In this document: positions 37,957 to 48,336 of the stretch, one piece after another
Numbering within the stretch: the stretch's first letter is position 1
Layout of the letters: every line of letters begins with the position of its first letter
DNA from: Nitrososphaerales archaeon
GTDB lineage: Archaea > Thermoproteota > Nitrososphaeria > Nitrososphaerales > JACPRH01
Length of the DNA stretch: 64,000 bases
Reading direction: 5' to 3'
Assembly: GCA_030745655.1 (NCBI GenBank)
Contig: JASLOE010000001.1
Span: 5,351-69,350, forward strand
Translations under genes and position numbers: made by a program
Notes under the pieces: generated by a model
Databases searched by the model: none
What the model saw: the letters and a program-made list of their open reading frames with translations, nothing else
What the model was told of the DNA's origin: nothing

Positions 37957-38889
37957 TTGTCTGATTATGCTATAGAGACTACTGACTTGATAAAAAAATA
38001 CGGTAGTCGTGTAGCTGTAAATCAGTTAAATTTGAAGGTGAAAGTAGGCGAAATTCATGGTTTCCTTGGACCCAACGGAGCAGGAAAAAGCACCACAATA
38101 AAGATGCTCGTGGGTTTATTAAAACCAACATCAGGATCCATTAAAATTTTTGAACAAGATGCCGCAGGAGATAAACCTCATATTCGCCAAAGAATGGGTT
38201 ATTTATCAGAACTTCCAAGTTATCCACAGCACTTGAGTGGAAATGAGCTCCTAGATGTTTATGGTCGTATGTATGGGATGTCAAAAGAATCAAGAAAACA
38301 AAGAATTCCAGAGTTAATAGAGAAGGTCGGTCTTGAGGGAAGAGGAAAAGATAGAATTGGTGGATATAGTAAGGGAATGCAGCAAAGAATCGGACTGGCT
38401 CAAGCAATGATAAATGATCCTGAAATGCTAATCTTGGATGAGCCAAGCATCGGACTGGATCCTGTAGGCATGGTGGAGATGAGGAAACTTATAAAGGGAA
38501 TAGCAAAGAGGGGTACTACAATATTTTTTTCTTCTCATCTCTTATCTGAAGTTACTCAGATATGTGATCGCATTACAATAATGAATAAAGGGATAACTGT
38601 TGCCTCAGGTTCTCTTAATGAAATTTCTGCATTGTCAAAGAACAGAAGAATAGTTGTTGAAGTGGATAAGGTGAATAATAAAATCTTACAATCGCTACAG
38701 AATCTTAAATTGGCAAAAGTTGAGATGAAAGGAAAGACATACACGATACATCTTGATCAAAATAAAAAAGATGCAAGACCTATTGTTTCTCAAGCTATTA
38801 CTAAGTCAGGCGGAGTGATAGTGGAAATGCATGAGGAAGGTAAGGGATTGGAGGATACTTTTCTAGATTTGTTGAAGGTGGAATCTTAG
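37957..38889 (+). CDS. ABC-2 type transporter ATP-binding protein
   Basis: GPNGAGKS, YSKGMQQ, ILDEP, SSH. Confidence 0.95.
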   Translation: MSDYAIETTDLIKKYGSRVAVNQLNLKVKVGEIHGFLGPNGAGKSTTIKMLVGLLKPTSGSIKIFEQDAAGDKPHIRQRMGYLSELPSYPQHLSGNELLDVYGRMYGMSKESRKQRIPELIEKVGLEGRGKDRIGGYSKGMQQRIGLAQAMINDPEMLILDEPSIGLDPVGMVEMRKLIKGIAKRGTTIFFSSHLLSEVTQICDRITIMNKGITVASGSLNEISALSKNRRIVVEVDKVNNKILQSLQNLKLAKVEMKGKTYTIHLDQNKKDARPIVSQAITKSGGVIVEMHEEGKGLEDTFLDLLKVES

Positions 38890-38891
38890 AT

Positions 38892-39836
38892 TTGACAGAA
38901 AAACAACAGGGAAGTTGGACAGGACGATTTATGGCTATATTGTATTATGAGCTATTATGGAATCTCAGAAAGAAGAAGATGGTGGGTGTTCTTATCCTTG
39001 CATTTCTGATTGTTACCCTTATTGCTGTTGTCCCTTGGTTAATAGCAGAATACACGAATGCTCCTTTTGATAAGGATCCATTGTTTGTTATTGATAATGT
39101 TTCTACAATGGCAGGGGGTTTTACGATGTTTCTTTTTGCAGTTGCTGTAGGTATGAATATGGTTTCTGGAGAATTTGAGAGTCAGACAATAATTCCTTTG
39201 TTAACTAAACCTGTTTCAAGAAACTTGGTTATTTTAGCCAAGATTGTAGCTGGACTAATAACGGTAGTTGCTGCTTACATATTCCTAGCTGGTTATATAA
39301 TAACCGCTGGATTTCTCATCTATGGACCACAAGAATTGTTGCACCTCTTGCCATTGGGTTTCTCAGGTGCAGTTGTTGCGACATTTATTTGGTTATCATT
39401 AGCAGTATTTTTCAGCTCAGTATTCAAGAGCTCCAACATTGCAGTTATGGGTTCATTAGGCACATTTATTGGGCTTATAATGGTCGGAACCATTCTTGCG
39501 TCATTCGGTCAGCCATTGATACTTCTGTATACACCTGGAGATGGAGCAGTCGGTATAAGCGGAGGTTGTGATTCACTTTCTGGAATGGGAGATGGAATAA
39601 GAACAGGAACAAATGAGTTAGGCAGACTCCTAGTTGAATGGGTTCAAGAACCGGATAGAATAATAGATATCTGTGGAATGAGTTTCATTAGTGATGGGCC
39701 TCCATCAGCAATACAATTATTATCGGATCCAATCTCAACTGTGGCGTTGCGAAGTTTAGCAGTGGGGTTAACGTATATGATAACATTTTTTGTGATTGGA
39801 TGGTTTGCATTTAGACGAGCACAAATAACCGATTAG
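38892..39836 (+). CDS. ABC-2 type transporter permease
   Basis: About six TM helices; SGEFESQTI...LLTKPVSR...AK motif. Confidence 0.9.
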   Translation: MTEKQQGSWTGRFMAILYYELLWNLRKKKMVGVLILAFLIVTLIAVVPWLIAEYTNAPFDKDPLFVIDNVSTMAGGFTMFLFAVAVGMNMVSGEFESQTIIPLLTKPVSRNLVILAKIVAGLITVVAAYIFLAGYIITAGFLIYGPQELLHLLPLGFSGAVVATFIWLSLAVFFSSVFKSSNIAVMGSLGTFIGLIMVGTILASFGQPLILLYTPGDGAVGISGGCDSLSGMGDGIRTGTNELGRLLVEWVQEPDRIIDICGMSFISDGPPSAIQLLSDPISTVALRSLAVGLTYMITFFVIGWFAFRRAQITD

Positions 39837-39937
39837 AGATAACTGTTCTAACTTCTGAATAAATGTTCTAAACGTTGACATGATATATTGCATAATCCCA
39901 TTAGGCTGTTGAAGTAAAATAGAGTAATGAAAATCTG

Positions 39938-40852
39938 TTAGACACCAATTACAAATTTAGCTAACTTTTGCTCATCATCTTCTGTCCTCATCATAATATC
40001 TGTAACAGAAACTTTAACACCTATTTTTTCAATATCAGTTATCATTGCTTTATCATTCTCATCTATTATCATTTTACTAACAAAGCTAGAATAAAGTTCA
40101 GTAATGCCTTTCGGTGAAACATCAACTCCAATGCTCCGTAGAAACTTATCTGCAGGCCCACTCACAGAATTATCACATATTATAGGACTAATTGCAACAA
40201 CACGATCACGGGCACGTATCAATGCTTCTTTTATCCCCAAAATATGAGTCATGGGACATATACTTGAAACGGGATTAGCAGGGCAAATAATCACTTTCTC
40301 AGCCTCAAGTATGGTATTCACTACATTGGGTGCAGGTTGAGATTTCTTGGAACCTACATATTTTACTCCAATTACATCAGGTTTTCCTTTCAGCTTAACC
40401 CAGAATTCTTGAAGATGCATTTCCCCTTGAGGAGTATCTATTAGAGTCTCAACATGATCGTTAGAGGCAGGCAATACCGTCTGAGCAATATCCATTCTTT
40501 TTGCTATAACATTAGTAGCTTCAGATAAAGTCCATCCTGCATTAAGCAAATTAGTTCGTACAAGATGCAAAGCAAGATCCTTATCACCTAATTTAAACCA
40601 ATCATCAGATCCATACTTCGATACCTGATGCAGAAAATTATAGGTATCATTCTTAATGCCCCATCCCTGACCAGAATTAAGTTGGTCTGACAATGTGTAT
40701 AGAATGGTGTCGATATCAGGACAAATATGGAGTCCATGTAATTTTATATTATCTCCAACATTTACAATAATAGTAATATTGTCAGTCACAGTTTTGACAA
40801 GACCACGAACAAGTTTAGCTGACCCTGTCCCACCAGCTAGAACAGCTAACAT
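39938..40852 (-). CDS. cofD: 2-phospho-L-lactate transferase
   Basis: LAGGTGSAK, NVGD, CPDIDT, WFKLGDKD, PANPVSSI, SGPA. Confidence 0.95.
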   Translation of the reverse strand: MLAVLAGGTGSAKLVRGLVKTVTDNITIIVNVGDNIKLHGLHICPDIDTILYTLSDQLNSGQGWGIKNDTYNFLHQVSKYGSDDWFKLGDKDLALHLVRTNLLNAGWTLSEATNVIAKRMDIAQTVLPASNDHVETLIDTPQGEMHLQEFWVKLKGKPDVIGVKYVGSKKSQPAPNVVNTILEAEKVIICPANPVSSICPMTHILGIKEALIRARDRVVAISPIICDNSVSGPADKFLRSIGVDVSPKGITELYSSFVSKMIIDENDKAMITDIEKIGVKVSVTDIMMRTEDDEQKLAKFVIGV

Positions 40853-40871
40853 TCTTTATTTCACCAAAAAA

Positions 40872-41642
40872 TTATCTGAACAGATCTCTTGAGACCTTTC
40901 TTACCAATTTACGGGCAGAACCCTTGCCTGGCTCATATTTGTAACCTCTAACAACTACGACAGGTATCTTGTTCAATTTCCCCATGACTAATTCAGATGC
41001 AGAAGCTATTTCATCAGCTACAGCCATATTGGTAGCACTCAATGCATTACCATAGGTATCATTAGAACCCACATAGGAGAACAGTGGAATAATACCAGCA
41101 ACTCCAATTGCAATATTGATTTGACCTTCACGCCAAGGCCGTCCAAAAGTATCAGTAATTATCACAGCAACATCAACATTTGCTTTTGATTTCAAAGTTT
41201 GTTTTATACGCCTAGCAGATTTATCGGAATTCTTGGGAAGAAGAACCAAAGTTCCAGGTTCAATATTTGAGGCATCAATCCCTCCATTTGCACACACAAA
41301 ACCTTGACGTGTCTCAACTATTACTAGACCCTTTACCATTCGAACAATTCTTTTTGCTTCAGATAAAATAACTTCAACTTTCCTAGGGTCTAATCCAAGA
41401 ACTTTTGAAAATTTCAAAGCACTTACAGATGGTTCAACATCTTCAAGATGAACAATCCGTCCTTCAGCTTTTGATACTATTTTTGAGGTTATTGCAATTA
41501 TATCTCCATCTGCAAGAACAGCCCCTTGCTTTGAGGCTGCTTTAATGATAATATCCGCAATATCATCTCCATTCTTTACGGTAGGTATTCCCTCTAAACC
41601 AGTAATAATAATTTGATTCACTTTCACAACAATCTCTTTCAA
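40872..41642 (-). CDS. cofE: Coenzyme F420-0:L-glutamate ligase
   Basis: SKIVSKAEGR, ANGGIDASN, DTFGRPWREG, ADEIAS. Confidence 0.95.
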   Translation of the reverse strand: MKEIVVKVNQIIITGLEGIPTVKNGDDIADIIIKAASKQGAVLADGDIIAITSKIVSKAEGRIVHLEDVEPSVSALKFSKVLGLDPRKVEVILSEAKRIVRMVKGLVIVETRQGFVCANGGIDASNIEPGTLVLLPKNSDKSARRIKQTLKSKANVDVAVIITDTFGRPWREGQINIAIGVAGIIPLFSYVGSNDTYGNALSATNMAVADEIASASELVMGKLNKIPVVVVRGYKYEPGKGSARKLVRKVSRDLFR

Positions 41643-41745
41643 GTTTCACTCAAGTTAGTGATATGAACCTATTTCTATAATTACAGTATATGCTATCAGT
41701 ATATTTTCACGCATGATAGTTCACATTTTCAATAACATTAGAATA

Positions 41746-42996
41746 TCATGTAGGACAAAATGGATCTTGAACAGGAGCTAATGCACTTGATTCCTTAGTA
41801 TTCTTAATAGCTTTTTCCGCCAAAAGATTACCTAGTTCTATAGCACTTTCAATATTGTTTGCAGTGGGTGAACCTTGAGATTTTACAAATGATCCAATTA
41901 CTTCTGATCCAAGCTCCTTTATTTTATTTTGAAGCTGATACAAAGGTCCGCCTCCCCAAGTATAATCACCAAAAAGTCCGAATACTCGCTGCCTTATCCT
42001 TTTCACTTTAATCAACTCCAACAAATTTGTTATAGGAGGAAATATGTAGCAATCATACACTGGACTTCCTACAGCTATAGCAGGAGCTTTCCATAACTCA
42101 GTTAAGATTTCACTCGGATCATCATAAGTTGCATTGAATAAAGCAACTTTGACACCTTTATCCTTCACACCATCAGATACAGCTTCAGCTAAAACCTTTG
42201 TGTTACCATACATTGAACCATATAAAATAACAACCTTCTCTTCAAATTTACCAGAACATAAATCAGCATACAATTTTGTAATAAAAGAGGGGTCATTTCT
42301 ATAAATTAAACCATGACTAGGGGCAATTACTCTACAAGGTTTTTGAAGATCGCCTAATTTCTTCAATGCCGAATTTATGGAACCATAATATGGTGAAAGT
42401 ATTGAAGTAAAATATCGTTTGGCAGAATAAATAGAATCTTTGCCTATTTTATCATCAAATATCTCATCACCAATAGAATCAAATGCACCAAAAAGATCAC
42501 CAGAAAACAAGATATCATCATCTCCCAAGAAAGTACACATGGTTTCGGGCCAATGAATACATGGAGTCATAATAAACTTCAGAGTTTTTCCACCAAGATC
42601 TACCTTATCACCATCATCTACAGAGATATCGTTAAACGGAACCTGATGATAATACTTAACAAAGTCGATTCCCATCTTTGAACTAATAACAGAGGCTTTT
42701 GATGCAATAGACAGAATTTTTGAAAGCGAACCTGCATGATCTGGCTCTACATGATTAATAACAATATAATCAATATCTTCAGGGTCAATCAACCGTTTGA
42801 GATTCTCAATATATTCATCAAAATAATTGTCATTAACAGTATCGATTAATGTCTTCTTTTTTTCTCCTAAGACAAGATAAGAATTCAGACTAACTCCTTT
42901 TGGAATACTCCATAAAGATTCAAAGAATTTACTCTCAGTATCATTAACTCCTACCCAATGTACGTCTGGAGAAATCTCCATAAAATAAAGAGCCAA
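41746..42996 (-). CDS. fprA: Flavodiiron protein (FprA family O2/NO reductase)
   Basis: HVEPDH, HWPET, SGDLFG and PSHG diiron ligands; flavodoxin SMYGNT and WGGG. Confidence 0.92.
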   Translation of the reverse strand: MALYFMEISPDVHWVGVNDTESKFFESLWSIPKGVSLNSYLVLGEKKKTLIDTVNDNYFDEYIENLKRLIDPEDIDYIVINHVEPDHAGSLSKILSIASKASVISSKMGIDFVKYYHQVPFNDISVDDGDKVDLGGKTLKFIMTPCIHWPETMCTFLGDDDILFSGDLFGAFDSIGDEIFDDKIGKDSIYSAKRYFTSILSPYYGSINSALKKLGDLQKPCRVIAPSHGLIYRNDPSFITKLYADLCSGKFEEKVVILYGSMYGNTKVLAEAVSDGVKDKGVKVALFNATYDDPSEILTELWKAPAIAVGSPVYDCYIFPPITNLLELIKVKRIRQRVFGLFGDYTWGGGPLYQLQNKIKELGSEVIGSFVKSQGSPTANNIESAIELGNLLAEKAIKNTKESSALAPVQDPFCPT

Positions 42997-43265
42997 ACCA
43001 TACTTTAATAAGAATTATGTAGAACGAGTAAAAACTATTCACTACATCAAGAAACGTAAGTCGTTTCATAACTTCTCCCAATCTCACCTGAAACCTTCAC
43101 AACATTTATGCTCATACAAACCATCCACGCATATTCAACTAAATAATATCCGCGGGTACCTTTTCTTGAAAAATAACACATTTAATCAGAGAAAATAATA
43201 TCTATGAAATATAAGCACAAGATATCTATTTATTATCTAGGTACCCAATAGTTAAGCGTTGCATA

Positions 43266-44435
43266 ATGGGAGGCTTTAATCCACCTCATAGACTTTTACT
43301 TGGAGCAGGACCAAGCAACATTCATCAACGTGTATTACAAGCTATGAGCTCATCTATAGTAGGACATCTAGACCCATATTTTCTTGAAGTTATGGATGAA
43401 ACAAAGAAACTAATATCTAAAGCATTCAAAACCCAAAACAAGTTTTCGCTCCCCATCTCTGGAACAGGAACCGCTGCAATGGAAGCATCGATATTAAACA
43501 TAGTTGAAGAAGGTGACGAAGTAGTTGTAGGTGTAAACGGTTTTTTTGCAAATAGAATGGAGGAGATGATACGAAGATGGGGTGGAAAAACCATACCAAT
43601 AAAGAAAAGATGGGGAGATATTATCACAAAAGAAGAAATAGAAAATGCCTTAAAGAATAGTAATGCTAAAATTGTGGCGCTAGTTCAAGCGGAAACATCT
43701 ACAGGTGCTTTACAGCCTCTTAAAGATATTGCGAAAATAACAAGGTCAAACGACGCCATTCTTCTTGTTGATGCAGTAACCTCATTTACAGGTGTTGATT
43801 TAGAGATAGATCGTTGGGGGATAGACATATGTTTCAGCAGTCCACAAAAATGCCTTAATTGTCCTCCAGGCGCATCTCCAATAACTGTAAATGAACGAGC
43901 ACTCAGAAAGATAAGAAATAGGAGAAAACCTGTTTCAAGTTTATACTTTGATTTTATGTTAATTGAACGATATTGGAGTGAACGCAGGATGTACCATCAT
44001 ACGGCACCAATTATCAATGTATATGGGCTTAGAGAAGCATTAGTTATTGCCCTTGAAGAAGGATTAGAATCAAGAATAGCAAAACATCTCAAGAACTCAA
44101 ATGCTCTAGTTGCAGGCGTGGAAGCTGCTGGATTTGAAATGAATACTGAAAAAAAATACACTTTACCAACTCTAAACGCAGTCAGAATACCAAAAGATGT
44201 CGATGATATGAGGATAAGACAAATAATCCTTGATACTTTCAACACAGAAATAGGGGCAGGACTAGGTGAACTTAAGAATCAAGTACTGAGAATAGGCTTA
44301 ATGGGAATAAACTCAAGTGAAAGAAATGTAATCTTCGCATTAGATGCGATAGAACGTGCATTTCGTATAGAAGGTCACCCAATTAAGAAAGGAGCAGCAA
44401 CAAATGCAGCCACAGAATACTTCAGTGCACACTAA
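43266..44435 (+). CDS. Alanine-glyoxylate/serine-pyruvate aminotransferase (class V)
   Basis: LLGAGPS, SGTGTAAME, ETSTG, VDAV, PQKCL, YHHT, LRIGLMG. Confidence 0.92.
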   Translation: MGGFNPPHRLLLGAGPSNIHQRVLQAMSSSIVGHLDPYFLEVMDETKKLISKAFKTQNKFSLPISGTGTAAMEASILNIVEEGDEVVVGVNGFFANRMEEMIRRWGGKTIPIKKRWGDIITKEEIENALKNSNAKIVALVQAETSTGALQPLKDIAKITRSNDAILLVDAVTSFTGVDLEIDRWGIDICFSSPQKCLNCPPGASPITVNERALRKIRNRRKPVSSLYFDFMLIERYWSERRMYHHTAPIINVYGLREALVIALEEGLESRIAKHLKNSNALVAGVEAAGFEMNTEKKYTLPTLNAVRIPKDVDDMRIRQIILDTFNTEIGAGLGELKNQVLRIGLMGINSSERNVIFALDAIERAFRIEGHPIKKGAATNAATEYFSAH

Positions 44436-44687
44436 AATTAATAAAAACAAGTATTATAGTCAATAATTAGATTAAAAACTACACAGAACATATTATCTAT
44501 TTTTTTGTAATCAATTCTTTACTTTTTCATAGTTATCTATTTTCTCAGTATTAGAGGATGTGAAAGATAAAACAGTAATCCAGAGCAATAAATCTAAGCG
44601 GATAAATACCTGCTAATGATAATTTCTGTAAAAATTGTAGGAAAAAACAACAATATTATTAATGGTCTATTGAGATTGGTTTCTTGA

Positions 44688-44951
44688 ATGCCATATATCA
44701 ATAAAAAAGAACGAATCAAATATGAGAAAGGGCTTAAAGAAGTTCTAAGTATGTTGAATAAAGTTCCAGATGAGAATATCGATGGAGAACTTAACTACGT
44801 AATATCGATGATATTAAAAAGACTTTACAAACCAAGTTATTATAACTATAACAGAGCTATTGGAGTATTGGAATCGATCAAGCTGGAGTACTATAGACGA
44901 GAAGTTGCAGCTTATGAAAACAAAAAGATGAAGGAAAAAGGCGACATCTAA
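44688..44951 (+). CDS. Small helical hypothetical protein (DUF6899-like)
   Basis: MPYI...GELNY...Y...IGVLE..KLEYYRR...YE..K...GD pattern; family name is from memory. Confidence 0.65.
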   Translation: MPYINKKERIKYEKGLKEVLSMLNKVPDENIDGELNYVISMILKRLYKPSYYNYNRAIGVLESIKLEYYRREVAAYENKKMKEKGDI

Positions 44952-45000
44952 TGTTCGTGAATCACATTTATAATATCTGAGAATAATATTTTTTCTTTTC

Positions 45001-45639
45001 TTAATACTTTTCATCTAAAATATCTTTAATTTTTCTAGCTTTTACTTTGCCTACTCCTTCTACCTTTATTAAATCCAAAAGATTTGCTTGAAAAATATTT
45101 CTAACGCTTCCAAAGTGGATAAGTAATCGTTCTGCAAGCTCTCCTCCAATGCTTGGCAAACTTGCGACAACATATACTTGCCAATCCTTTTGAGTCATCA
45201 ATTTGGGTTTATGGTGAATTGAAATTTTATCTTGTTTCTTCTTTTGAATTCTATTGGCTAGTGTATAAAGAAGATTTGCAGTATTAAGAAGGGATGGAGT
45301 ACAAAGGACTGGAATGCTCATATCTGATTGAATTTTCAATAAAGCTCCCCAGAAAGATCTTGGATTATTCATCAACACTAACTCCTCTTCAATTTCTCCT
45401 TCAAGGATAAGTATTGGTTTTTCGTAGGCTTCCCGAAGGCGATTAACCTGCTCAAAGACTCGACCACTGAAAACTGAATTGATAAAATCTTTTACAGTTT
45501 TCCGTTCTATTCCACACTCTGATGAAACAATGTAATCTCCCGGTGTAATTGTTCTTTTTTCTATGTCAATACCCAATTCCATAAGTAATGCAACAATAAG
45601 ATCTGGTTCACGACTGTCAACCACAATTTTCAAAGCCAT
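45001..45639 (-). CDS. xpf: Short XPF/ERCC4 structure-specific nuclease with HhH domains
   Basis: IVVDSRE, GDY, ERK...D, GRVFEQ, two HhH motifs (PSIGG, EGVGK). ATG 45639 avoids overlap with the PiT gene. Confidence 0.9.
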   Translation of the reverse strand: MALKIVVDSREPDLIVALLMELGIDIEKRTITPGDYIVSSECGIERKTVKDFINSVFSGRVFEQVNRLREAYEKPILILEGEIEEELVLMNNPRSFWGALLKIQSDMSIPVLCTPSLLNTANLLYTLANRIQKKKQDKISIHHKPKLMTQKDWQVYVVASLPSIGGELAERLLIHFGSVRNIFQANLLDLIKVEGVGKVKARKIKDILDEKY

Positions 45640-45650
45640 ATTTGAAGACT

Positions 45651-46661
45651 TCATAGTGATAGTTGCATAAATGCCGAGAGTACATAGAATAATAGTGCAG
45701 CCATTCCGCTTGCCGCTGGTATAGTTATGATCCATGTCCACACAATTCGTCTAGCGAGTCCCCATCTTACTGCAGAAAGTCTTCGTGTTGCACCAACACC
45801 TATTATTGAACCAGCTATAACATGAGTAGTACTCACCGGTATACCAAAAAAGGTTGAGCCCATAATAACTGCTGCTCCTGCAGTTTCAGCACTAAAACCA
45901 TGCATAGGATCAAGTTTTGTTATTTTACCTCCCATTGTACGGATGATCCTCCAACCTCCAGATAAAGTTCCTAGTGCTATAGCTAGATGCGCCATCATCG
46001 CTACCCAAAATGGTACATAGAATTCAGATCCTAAGTAACCTGAACTAAATAGAAGCACTGCAACTATTCCCATAGTTTTTTGTGCATCATTGCCACCATG
46101 ACTTAGACTATATGCTGCAGCAGATAATAGCTGCAAACGTTTGAAATATCTGTTAGCGTATGTAGCATTGTGTTTTCTGAATATCTTGATAACTAATGTC
46201 ATAAGGATGAACGCGGCAATTGTTCCCAGTATAGGTGAAATAACTATGAATGCAAGAATAATCTCGATTTTTCCACGGAGAATGACTCCAAATCCGTTAC
46301 TAGCTATTGCAGCCCCAATAAGTCCACCAATAAGTGAGTGAGATGCACTAATTGGTAACCCAAACCACCAAGTAAATAGAACCCAAAATATAGCACCTAA
46401 TAATCCAGCAAGAACCATTAATGGAGAAATTGCAAGTGGGTCAACTATTCCTTTTCCTATTGTTGTAGCCACACCAGTTTCGAAAACAAAAAGTGCAACA
46501 AAATTAAAGAATGCAGCCATTGCGACTGCTTGTATAGGTGATAAAACTCGTGTTGAAACAACTGTTGCAATAGAGTTAGCCGCATCATCAAATCCATTGA
46601 AGAAGTCAAATAGAAATGCTACAGCTATTACAGTTATAGTGAATGGATCTAGAAACGCCAT
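45651..46661 (-). CDS. Inorganic phosphate transporter (PiT family)
   Basis: NGFDDAAN, GLPISASH, HGGNDAQK, GIPVSTTH. Confidence 0.95.
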   Translation of the reverse strand: MAFLDPFTITVIAVAFLFDFFNGFDDAANSIATVVSTRVLSPIQAVAMAAFFNFVALFVFETGVATTIGKGIVDPLAISPLMVLAGLLGAIFWVLFTWWFGLPISASHSLIGGLIGAAIASNGFGVILRGKIEIILAFIVISPILGTIAAFILMTLVIKIFRKHNATYANRYFKRLQLLSAAAYSLSHGGNDAQKTMGIVAVLLFSSGYLGSEFYVPFWVAMMAHLAIALGTLSGGWRIIRTMGGKITKLDPMHGFSAETAGAAVIMGSTFFGIPVSTTHVIAGSIIGVGATRRLSAVRWGLARRIVWTWIITIPAASGMAALLFYVLSAFMQLSL

Positions 46662-46731
46662 TTTTCTTCTTTTTCTCAGTAGCTTTTACATTTTTGGATT
46701 AATTCAACGATATTCTTCATCTAATCTTTTT

Positions 46732-47367
46732 CTAGGAATGTTTGAGAACTATAGCCCTAAGAAGATTACTTACGTCCTCACAAATATCAGTAATCTTCTC
46801 TAAGTCTTCATATAGTTCTTTATATTTAATTATCGTGATAATATTTTTTTGCTTGAAAAGATCCGCTACAGTTTTACTTAGAAGCTCATCTCCCTCATTT
46901 TCAAGAAAATGGACCTCTATGTTGTGCTGTTCAATTTTTTTCTGATTGAGATTACGCATATTACTGAAAGACTTGTTCAATGCTAATACTGACTTTAAGA
47001 TTATCTCTGAGAATGTTATCATCGAGTGTGGAATGTCTTCGATTCCATAAGCACAGAGTTTGTTTGCAATAGTGTATGTAAAATCTAGAATATCATCATA
47101 TAGACATGATAATACATTTATATCTTCTCTATCTATAGGTGTGATAAAAGTTTGAGACAGTCTATCTTGAATCTCATGTACCACATCATCTCCATTATGC
47201 TCTAAATCTTTAATGCCTTGCCGCTTTTGTTCTACATCTTTGTAGTTACACAATAAATCATGGAGTGAATTAGATCCTTCAAGAACGAGTTTTGATTGCT
47301 TTTCGAGCAATTCAAAGAAGACCTTATCTTGAGGGATTAGCCATTCTTTTAATCCCATTTTTTCCAC
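46732..47367 (-). CDS. DUF47 PhoU-like phosphate transport regulator
   Basis: LEHNGD, TFITPIDRED, LENEGD, EKITDICED. Confidence 0.92.
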   Translation of the reverse strand: MEKMGLKEWLIPQDKVFFELLEKQSKLVLEGSNSLHDLLCNYKDVEQKRQGIKDLEHNGDDVVHEIQDRLSQTFITPIDREDINVLSCLYDDILDFTYTIANKLCAYGIEDIPHSMITFSEIILKSVLALNKSFSNMRNLNQKKIEQHNIEVHFLENEGDELLSKTVADLFKQKNIITIIKYKELYEDLEKITDICEDVSNLLRAIVLKHS

Positions 47368-47508
47368 TTCCTTGATAAATTAACCCTCGGGCTAATCGTC
47401 ATTATTTTATATCCTCAATCACGACTTGACTTCACCACTATTTATTCTTACATTTCTCAAGAATATCAAACATCTAGTTATAACCTCATTACTATCTGAT
47501 GGCTAATT

Positions 47509-47787
47509 TCAATAAACTATTTTGAATTCATTGAATTCTTGTTTAAATGGTAACATTACCACTTCTACAGAATCTACTTCTGCATTTGGTGGCCCTTTCT
47601 CACACCAATCCAAGAACTTATCCAACATTTCTTCGGTTCCTTCAGCTAAAATTTCGACGCTACTATCAGGAAGGTTCTTGACCCATCCTTTAATTTGTAA
47701 GGAATTTGCTTTATGTACCGTATTGGATCTGAAGAATACGCCTTGTACTATACCTGATACATAGATGTGTAACCTTTTTTCAGACAA
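47509..47787 (-). CDS. acyP: Acylphosphatase
   Basis: SGIVQGVFFR, GWVKN, GPPNAEV. Confidence 0.95.
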   Translation of the reverse strand: MSEKRLHIYVSGIVQGVFFRSNTVHKANSLQIKGWVKNLPDSSVEILAEGTEEMLDKFLDWCEKGPPNAEVDSVEVVMLPFKQEFNEFKIVY

Positions 47788-47817
47788 TATCTTATTGTTA
47801 TGTTTGTAGCACGTTTC

Positions 47818-48336
47818 TTAAAGTTTCAGGTCGCCATACTTCTTAATGTAAGAAACTAGCCCGCCTTCTGAAAGTATTTTCATCATTTCTTTTGGGATTG
47901 GAGAAAAGGTTAGTTCAAACCCTTTAGTTTCGTTTTTTAGTTTTCCTAATTCTAGATCTATAGAAAGTTGATCTTTATCCGCAATTTTATCTGTATTACA
48001 CATTATTGCTGGAAGACCTACATTTATTGCATTTCGGTAGAAAATCCTAGCAAAAGATTTGGCAACTACTGCACCTGCTCCAGACATCTTTATCATAATT
48101 GCTGCATGCTCTCTACTTGAACCCATTCCAAAGTTTCTTCCTGCAACAACAAAATCTCCAGATTTGACATTTGAAGCATATTCTTCCCTAGCATCTTCTA
48201 ATGTGTGTTTAGTTAATTCTGGAAGATTTGTTCTAAGATGAAAGTATCGCCCTGGGCTAATATGATCTGTGCTTATTGAATCTCCAAATTTCCACGCAGT
48301 GGATATGAATGGCCATGTTTTTCCTTCCATGTTCAT
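47818..48336 (-). CDS. leuD: 3-isopropylmalate/homoaconitate hydratase small subunit
   Basis: ISTDHISPG, NFGMGSSREHA, SFARIFYRNAIN. Could be hacB. Confidence 0.88.
   Translation of the reverse strand: MNMEGKTWPFISTAWKFGDSISTDHISPGRYFHLRTNLPELTKHTLEDAREEYASNVKSGDFVVAGRNFGMGSSREHAAIMIKMSGAGAVVAKSFARIFYRNAINVGLPAIMCNTDKIADKDQLSIDLELGKLKNETKGFELTFSPIPKEMMKILSEGGLVSYIKKYGDLKL

Noticed and set aside
47470..47510. Fluoride riboswitch-like AGUAAUGAGGUU on the minus strand
   Set aside because: No downstream pseudoknot partner (ACCUC after CURAUG) is present.
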